NCBI RefSeq assembly: GCF_006345805.1
Contig: NC_042997.1
Coordinates: 186,124,001-186,188,000, forward strand
Reading direction: 5' to 3'
Length of the DNA: 64,000 nt
Source: Octopus sinensis
Lineage: Eukaryota
Of the stretch, positions 54,730 to 64,000 are shown piece after piece. Position 1 is the stretch's first letter, and each line of letters begins with the position of its first letter. The position numbers and the translations under genes are program-made. Under the pieces are notes generated by a model, which saw nothing but the letters and a program-made list of their open reading frames with translations, ran no database searches and was not told the DNA's origin.

Positions 54730-54978
54730 ATTTTTACGGAGATGTACTTGCATAGCAAGTGATTTGATCTGAGATCGTGTGCTGAAACGAAAACAATTGC
54801 AGCGTGGAAGGTGTCTGTAAGCCATTTAAGAAACACACAAAAGCCGTTCGATTCACTTCAACATTTAAGTTTAATTTGTCAAAATATTTTCGTCGCTTTA
54901 AGACAACTTAAATGTTGAAGTGAATCGAACGGCTTTTGTGTGTTTCTTAAATGGCTTAGAAACACCTTCCACGCGGCA
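54730..54978. repeat. Fold-back element with ~70-bp inverted arms
   Basis: Arms 54802-54871 and 54905-54974 are near-perfect reverse complements; 33-nt spacer. Confidence 0.85.
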
Positions 54979-55943
54979 GTTATTTTATTATAGAAAGAAT
55001 TAGTCAAAAGTAACAGAGAATCATATCCTTATTCTAAGAAAAAAATTAAATAGAGAAATAAAAAGGGCTTTCCACTCATATAAAACAACTGTATGCCTGC
55101 TTTTGCCCGCATCTGTGTGTCTCGTTCGTGAGTAGTGACTTGGCAGAGTCGTAAAGGTGGACACTTAAAATTTCTTGGAGTTGTTGTTCCCGCTCTCTGC
55201 GTTTCGAATTCAAATCACGCCGTAATCAGTTTTGTTATTTATTGTTTTGTGGTCGATAAAAGATGCAGGAATCTGGATTGATGGAACTCTAAGAATGTTG
55301 GATCGGATATCTGGTGGTCGTTATTTCGCTTCTTTGCTTTCTGACTTCAAATCCTGCCATGCCATCTTGGGTATCTTAATATGTTGTCCAGTGTAACAAC
55401 GCCACAACTCACCCTGGGTCAAACATTGTAGCCAAGCCTCTGGTACAAAAATATCTTCTTGATTCCAATCCCATCGGTCGTGGTGGCCCTGTAAAGAATC
55501 ATTGATATTATCTTCTAAAACTTAATTTTGTATATACCCAGTACAACCATTTACATTAAACGTTAATTTTGCATATACCCAGTATAAGCATTTGCGTACA
55601 TGTACGTATATGTATGCATGTACGTCTAAATACTACGTTTGCTATACACACATGTTTAAGTATATGTTTGTGTTGCATGCATGTATCTTTAAATATTTGC
55701 GTGAGTCGTATGCATATATATGGTTGAGTATCTGTATGTGTCATATCCACATTTATTTAAATCTTTGTGCATGTCGTATGCATGTCGGTTTAGTTATCTG
55801 TGTGTCTTGCATGAATATATGTTTAAGTATTGTGTGCGTTATAAATATTATTTCAGATATGTTTTCTTTTATATATATATATATACATATACATATACAC
55901 ATATATATATATATGTATGTATATATATATATATATAATATAT

Positions 55944-56001
<58 letters not shown>

Positions 56002-56924
56002 TATATATATATATATATACATATATATACCTCTCTCTGCATCTTCATTTCTTGAAGGATTTATTTATATATATTTTTATCCTTTAAATCTTTCAGGTCA
56101 TCCAATGTCGTTACATGCCATACATATTAAGCAGACGTACTTCTATTTTAGATACAATTAAACAAAAGATATCTGCAAGAAAGTAGTCAAAATCATGGAA
56201 GCAGGCAATACTTCTTTCTTTCTCGTCCGTACGTAGCCTGCAGTCAAAGAGAACAGAGCTATCTTTCAGTGTGTTGAGTGACGAAAAAAAGTGGTTCAAT
56301 TTGCTGGAAGCATCGTTTATTCTCCACTGAAGATTCTTGTGACCAATCAACAATGGGATTATGAGAATGTATTGTGATAGAAGAAGACAGCTAGCTACAT
56401 AGTTAGCTGTCCGATGGTGACAGATTCACATGATTGTTTTTGTTGTTGGTTTTGGGTTGCTGCCTGTTCTCTGATTTTTGTTTTTTTTTTGTGGTGGATG
56501 ATAGTAGGATTTATAGGAGTGAAAGAACAGGGTGACAATGATGAGAGGAGATTTTTAGAAGGTGAGTGAGGGCTGGGAGGATGTTAAAAGCAATGAAGGA
56601 ATAATGTGTGATAAGGCTTAGAGAGAGCAAGAAAAAAGAAAAGATAGAAACGGAGACAGAGAGAAAGAGACAGTTGCGTATAGAAGAGATGTGGTGGAGG
56701 AGAAGATTATGCGAAAGTGATGGAAATGGAGGATCAATAAACGCATTTGAACGAGGTTATGAGTGTATATGTTTGTGTGGAGTTTGTGCGTGTGTGTGTA
56801 TGTGTGTGAGAGCATGTTTGTGTAACTGTGTGCATGTAAATATGCATATGCACATGTGTTTATGTCAATATATAAATATGAATGCGTGTGTGTGTATGTA
56901 TGTATGTGTGTGTTTATGTGTGTA

Positions 56925-56969
<45 letters not shown>

Positions 56970-59754
56970 TATGTGTGTGTTTGTGTTTAATCAGATCTCT
57001 AAACTATGGCGAAACTGCCCAATAACATCTTACATCAGATAATGAAAAGTCAGAATTTGTGTCCCATTATTGCCACAGCGTGCAATTAGCTCTAAGTAAT
57101 CATATGTAACACAAGCAGAAAGGGAATACGGGAGGCGAAAGGAAGAGATGCATAGACAGAGAGACAGACAGACAGATAGATTGATTGATAGAGTAAATAA
57201 GAGAGTGAGTGTGTGAGTGAGTGAGTGAGTGAGTGAGTGAGTGAGTGTGTGAGTAAGAAGAGCAATAAGAAACAATGAGAGAAGCTATATGAAATGGGAG
57301 AGATGAGTGGGACAAGAGGGAGAAGATACAAAGATGATGATGATGATGAGGAGGAGGAGGAGGAGGAGGAGGAAACAGAGAATCGAGAGAGAATGAGAGA
57401 CACGGATAGATGGGTGGATGGATAGATGCATGGATGAATGGATGGACGGATAAATGGATGGACGGATAAATGGATGGATGGATGGATGGATGGATGGATG
57501 GATGGATGGACGGATGGAGGGTGGATGAAAGAATAAAAGAACGAACGTCTGAAAGAATGAAGAAAATCAATGAAGGAAGGAATGAGTGAATTAAGGAAAG
57601 AATGAATGAATTGCGAAATGGACAGGCAAAAATATGACTGAAAAAAGAAAATAATGATAAAATCAGGGATGAAAAATATGAACGAAAAAAATAAATGTAT
57701 AAATGAGAGAAATGGAATGAAAAGATTAAGGAAAGAATGAGGGAATGAATAAATTGCTGAATAACTATATAAATGCATGAATGATATGAATACTTGAATG
57801 ATAAATGAAGAAATGAAGGAAGGCCGAATGAGTGAATGAATATTTAAATGCATTAACAAATAAAATAATGACATAAATGAATGAATGAATGAATAATCTA
57901 ATAAATAACTGAAAGAGTAATTGGAGTAATTAACGCTTGACTGAAGAAATGAATAAAAGTAACTAGATGAATAAAGAAGAAATGTATTAATGAGTGAAGA
58001 AATGAATAAGTGAAATCATGAGGTTCTGGGTTCAATCTGATAATGTTGCATCTAAATAAAGTGATTTTATCTAGTTTTGAGAAGAAATTAGGGTGACGGG
58101 AAACTGCGTGGAAGCCCCAGGTATATCGTAACTGATAATTCAAATGGATAAATAAATAATAGAAGGCAATGAAAGTGGGGTTAATACTATAAAACAAAGA
58201 GTGTTAGGTATGAAAATAAAGAGAATGAGGAATTGAGATGAAGAAAAACAGAAGAACGAAACCAAAAACTATTGATTGCGAACGAGATTAGGAATGACAG
58301 AAAGCATCAGAGAATGAGAGAGAGAGAAGAAGAAGAATGTGGCATCCATTTTAGGACTTTAAACATTCCCTCTAGCGTACGTAACGATCCGTTAAAGGAA
58401 TCTAGCTAAACGAAGATTTCTTTCCTTCACTCCTTAGCTGTATGCATTTATTTATTTATTTTGTTATCTCTGGAACATTCTGGAATGGTTAAAATTGACA
58501 AATAATTAAGCAACCATCTCCTGGAGCTGGGGATTAATATATGAAATATGGCGACGGTTTTCTGTCTTGTTCTGGAAAATAAATATATATATATATTTTC
58601 TTTTTTTCTTCATCAATTCCTTTACAACTGCAGAACCATTTTACATTCTTTGGTGAACCCTGCAGAAATCAAATTATTTAAGCTAGCATGGCAGCATTAG
58701 ATTTTCTTTTACCATTTTTGTTTTGTCCAGCACAGCGCTGCCCACTCTATCCCATTTCAAACCAGTCTTGTCCAAGCCAGTTCTTTTCAGTTTTCTTTCT
58801 TTACCATTTTTATATATTTTATTTATTTTTTTATTTTTTTATTTTTTGGCTACTTACTGTATCAATAGCTTGAGGAAGAGTTGTACCTTGTGTCATTGAA
58901 TCACAGGGATGTGATGACGCTTTCCTACTTCATGTTCTTCGTGTCATATCCTTCTGTCCGGCTGTGGCATGGAAAAAGTTATTGTTACGCTTAATCTGTC
59001 GTATTTTACAACGAGCGAGTAAAAATAACATTGTCCCAGCTTTCATTTACAATAATTGCTTTTATGAGTTCAACATACAATGTATGCAAACGCACAATTA
59101 GCATCACACACACACATGCATACTCACACAGTCACACACACAAACACATACACACATACAGACACATACAGAATCACACACATGCATACATGCAAACATA
59201 CTTGTATTGGAATATAAATAGATGCATTCAAAACGCACATATACATACATGCATACATAAATATATGCATGCATGCACACACACATACATGCATTCATAC
59301 ATAAATACATGCATACATACATACTTACAAATATACACACATATGCATAATACATTCATACAAAGGTAGATAGATACATACATGCCTACATACACACATA
59401 TACGCATATACATACATAGGATACATACATACATACATACACACTGTTCATACATCTATACGGTACATAGATGCATATATGCATACATACATATATACAT
59501 ACGGTACATACATACATACATACATACATACATACATACATACATACATACATACATACATACATAAATACGCACACACATACGTACATACATACATACA
59601 CATACCGAAATTCTTTTTCTTTCTACGATAGCATGGTTTGGATAGTTTGCATACCACCGCATGGAATTACTCCTTGTGATTCGACCCAGCATTTTATTTG
59701 TGAGATGTATCTATGTATGTTTGTATGTTCGTATTTATATGCATATATATATAT

Positions 59755-59990
59755 TTAATGTAGGATAAAATTTTCTCGAAAAAAAATTTTATCAATGGCC
59801 AGCATATTAAAAAATACCTTTAAAGGTTAAATTTATAAACAACTTACAAATAAGGGCAGACGAAAAATTAGACACCCTGTCCATAACCATGTAATTTTTC
59901 ACAATGAAAAATTATATGGTTATGGACAGGGTGTCTAATTTCGGCATATTTGGCATTGGAATATTCATTCGTTTGCCCTTATTGTAAGTT
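59755..59990. repeat. Rearranged fold-back copy of the 44340-44830 element
   Basis: 37-bp arms 59865-59901 and 59905-59941 (1 mismatch, 3-nt loop); outer arms 59841-59864 and 59968-59990. Confidence 0.85.
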
Positions 59991-60000
59991 ATATATATAT

Positions 60001-60036
<36 letters not shown>

Positions 60037-60037
60037 G

Positions 60038-60378
60038 TGATGCACATATGTCATTTGAATATGGCTAACCCATAAGGGTGGATGCTACTGTAGTTTGTAG
60101 CCCCAGGAAGATATCTCCTCCAGCTGGCCATAGACACACTATCTGTGTCCTGTCAGTATTTGTGAAGGGGAGTCATCCTCCCCGTCTTCAACACATGATA
60201 CACACGTACCCGAGTTTCAAGGTGTTTACCTTTCATCGTGATTTACCTTCACAAATACCGACAGGACACAGATAGTGTGTCTATGGCCAGCTGGAGGAGA
60301 TATCTTCCTGGGGCTACAAACTACAGTAGCATCCACCCTTATAGGTTAGCCATATTCAAATGGCATATGTGCATCACG
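60038..60378. repeat. Fold-back element with ~130-bp inverted arms
   Basis: GTGATGCACATATG...TTTGTGAAGG and its reverse complement, 3 mismatches by eye; hammerhead-like remnant in the ~80-nt spacer. Confidence 0.9.
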
Positions 60379-60508
60379 ATGTGTTACCGCTACTGTTTAT
60401 AACTAGCTCTGAGATTTATCATTATATATATATAGTTATATATATAATATATATATATACATACACACACGCTTATATATATATACACAATTATATATAT
60501 ATATATAT

Positions 60509-60650
60509 CTGACGAAGAGCTCCGCTCGAAACGTTAAACCCTTCTTCTTCCCTTCCTTCCTGAGCGTCCAATAATACTATATTTGTTCCACGTCCTCGCC
60601 TTGTGTTTTCTCTTTGTGTTTTCATGTTTGGATTAACTTTATATATATAT
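60509..60650 (+). mobile_element. Penelope-like terminal repeat starting at a hammerhead core
   Basis: CTGACGA-A-GAGC-TCC-GCTC-GAAA-CGTT-AAAC at 60509-60539; same family as 63740-63925; TA arrays on both sides. Confidence 0.7.
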
Positions 60651-61082
60651 ATAAATAATTTGGGAAAACAAATTTCCAAATCAATCAGGTGTAAACCCTA
60701 CAGCGTTATATGCATCTACATATCCTACTTTGGGGTCTTATTTATTGTATATTTATATATTAATCTATAAATATACAAAGTATCTGATAAAAGTCAATAT
60801 TCAATTTTGGGGGATTAATCGATATGCGGGTATTCTATTTCAGATAATACAAAAAATAACTTAACGAGTATATCTGAAAGTAAACTCATGGTATCAGTTT
60901 GCACATCACGAAATAATACTTAAAGCCTATATCCAAAATTACCAGCTGGGTATATAATATACTTCATTAATTATATCATACTTTAGTTAATACTTATATT
61001 TATTGACTATAAAGGAACTACACGTGTTTCAGCATTGGAAGATTACAATATATATACATATACACAACTGTATACACAACTG

Positions 61083-61147
<65 letters not shown>

Positions 61148-62096
61148 ACATTTATGCAATCGTCAGATTTACATTTATTCCAACACATCTTCAGGTTCTT
61201 TTTCAAAATATTATATATATAATTTTGCATTCCTTTAAAAATAAACAATACAATTAAGCATTAAAGATTAAAAATTACGAATTAAAAATTAAGAATAAAA
61301 ATTATACTTTGTACTATTAAGAATTAAAATTTATAAATTATACATTATAAATATGAATTAGTATATATATATATATCAATCATGTAAAATCAAGTATGTG
61401 TCAAATACAGAATGTGAGATATAAGATTAAACATCAGAATAAAAATGTCTGTATTTAAATGTGATATATAACAATAAAAATGCAAATACATATCTTACTT
61501 TTTTTTTGCTGGTTCTAAAATGGTGATTTGAGGAAGAAGATAGCAGTGAAATATGGGTATTTATAGGTCATTAATACCAAGGAGGATAATTACACTACAC
61601 ATAGTTTTAATTATAAATTATCCTCTATAATTATTTTCAAGTTTACCTATATAAGGAGATATATATTGGGAGATATACATTGCAAACTACCATATATTTT
61701 AATTTTATGCATACATATTAGCGATTCGCTAAATCATCCATAGATTTCAATGATGGAAGCATATATAAAGACAGAGAAGGAAGTCCGAAATGTGCCGAAG
61801 TAAGGCCAGTCCTTTCGGATGAGGCAACAGGAATTGCCGAAACTGAATCTAGTATAATGAATTCTCGAAGGGCATTTTCGGACGATTATGGTCCCTGCCT
61901 GTATATATATATATATACATTATAATTCCTGTTCGTATATATGTATATATATCCCTGTCTGTATATATGTAAACAATTATGTGCTGTAGCTTTAGAGCAT
62001 TTTAGCTCAATGTAGGTGTTTGTAACACCCTAGTCACATTTAGGGACAATTATAGTTTTCCTTTTTGGTAGACATTTCAAACTGCTGTCTATTCTA

Positions 62097-62167
<71 letters not shown>

Positions 62168-62347
62168 TGTGTGTGTTGTGTGTGTGTGTGTACGTATATA
62201 CACCCATGAACATATGAAGTAAATCTGCATCACAAAGCCATTATGAAGACAAAATGATCTCCAAACACAGAAATGTAGCCACACAGATTCACACACCTCA
62301 TACTTTCGTATTGTAACAATTACATATACTCGTAAGACCGCAAGAAT

Positions 62348-62383
<36 letters not shown>

Positions 62384-62640
62384 ATGAAGAAAGATGATGG
62401 TTGTCTGTCGCAGTCCGAGAAAGACGGATTTACAAATTTTTGGTTTAACAACATGCACATTAATTCACTCCCTCCATCAAATCAATGTTGCCTGAACTGA
62501 TGCACGGTGTACCGAACACATCAGGTATCGAAGTGCTCGCAGGGCGATCGTTAGATAAAATGGTTTGTTCAACAACACAACACACTACTTTGTCCAGGAA
62601 TTGAAACCATGTTCTCGTGATTGTGATGCAAAACGGTAAC

Positions 62641-62892
62641 CTATTTCTTTACTACCTACAAGAGGCTAAACACAGAGGGGACAAACAAGGACAGACAAAC
62701 GGATTAAGTCGATTACATCGACCCCAGTGCGTAACTGGTACTTAATTTATCGACCCCGAAATGAAATGATGAAAGGCAAAGTCAACCACTGCGAATTTGA
62801 ACTCACAACGTAACGGCAGGCGAAATAAGGCTACGCATTTCGGAAATAAGGCTACGCATTTCGCCCGCGTGCTAACGTTTCTGCCAGCTCAC
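62641..62892 (-). mobile_element. SINE family B with an internal 21-bp tandem duplication
   Basis: Full body; GAAATAAGGCTACGCATTTCG at 62822-62842 and 62843-62863. Confidence 0.88.
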
Positions 62893-62914
62893 AGCCTTAA
62901 TAAATAAATGCGCC

Positions 62915-63050
62915 CTTTTAAAGCCTAGCCAGGCTCACGGGCCCGGTTTCCCGGTTTCAATGGCGTATGTGTTCCGCAGCTGGACGGGACGCCAGTCCAT
63001 CGCAGCGTTACTCATTTTTGCTAGCTGAGTAGACTGGAGCAACGTGAACA
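62915..63050 (-). mobile_element. SINE family D 3' part, tail shared with family C
   Basis: CTGGACGGGACGCC.GTCC.TCG and CCGGTTTCCC blocks as in family C, but a different upstream body. Confidence 0.6.
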
Positions 63051-63441
63051 AAACGCTAACCACTAATCGTACAAATATACGCACAATTATGTAATAGAGT
63101 GTAATATATTTTCGAATATTGTATTCCGTCACATAAATGTATGAATACATATACGATGTATGATCTCATTACTATACTCATCTCTGCAGCGTAACGTCAA
63201 CAATCTCATTTAAACAACGTGATTAATGGAGGGACCTATTAATCTAACTTGGCTTTCCTGAATTACCGAAACGAATATATGAATGATTCAAAGTAGGTAA
63301 ATCATAAATCAAGCACACCATATGTAACGTAATATAGTACGCGGTTCGTGTTAAGACTAAATAAATACGGTTCGCAAATATGGTTCACAAATATAATATA
63401 TAAAGTGACGGTTGTATAAACTCTGACATTTTGCGTTACCC

Positions 63442-64000
<559 letters not shown>

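Noticed and set aside
58545-58873. YY1-like AAATATGGCG motif and several strong plus-strand acceptors
   Set aside because: No coherent exon with a donor and an open frame; such motifs are expected by chance in pyrimidine-rich DNA

Overview
Eukaryotic, AT-rich DNA dominated by repeats. The (TA)n/(TACA)n/(AAT)n/(CA)n microsatellites and SINE families resemble octopus (coleoid cephalopod) DNA; this taxon call is an inference. Almost all predicted ORFs are microsatellite or SINE read-throughs. The one long coding element is a near full-length L1/Tx1-clade retrotransposon (7127-12540). It has an intact ORF1 and a frameshifted ORF2, and sits inside the tRNA-like head of a SINE with an exact 16-bp target-site duplication. 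Its 3' end shares an exact 26-nt block, a small hairpin and the terminal GAAATA with a second SINE family (SINE-B), which forms tandem self-insertions. Other transposon relics: two mariner fragments, a maT/DD37D-like fragment, a Helitron helicase fragment, a Gypsy integrase plus 3' LTR, and trains of R4/Dong-like RLE LINE 3' ends in (AAT)n arrays. A ~550-bp non-coding element is always flanked by (AAT)n. Several type I hammerhead-ribozyme motifs of the Penelope-like kind occur, repeatedly at the junctions of fold-back inversions, and one family has a tRNA-like head plus a hammerhead tail. Host-gene evidence is weak: a possible small three-exon minus-strand gene behind an RFX X-box (37.6-38.9 kb), a second X-box/NRF1 cluster near 1.9-2.0 kb, and a short high-GC3 coding-like island near 50.4 kb. 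Boundaries of degenerate repeats are approximate, and family names come from motif recall rather than database searches.
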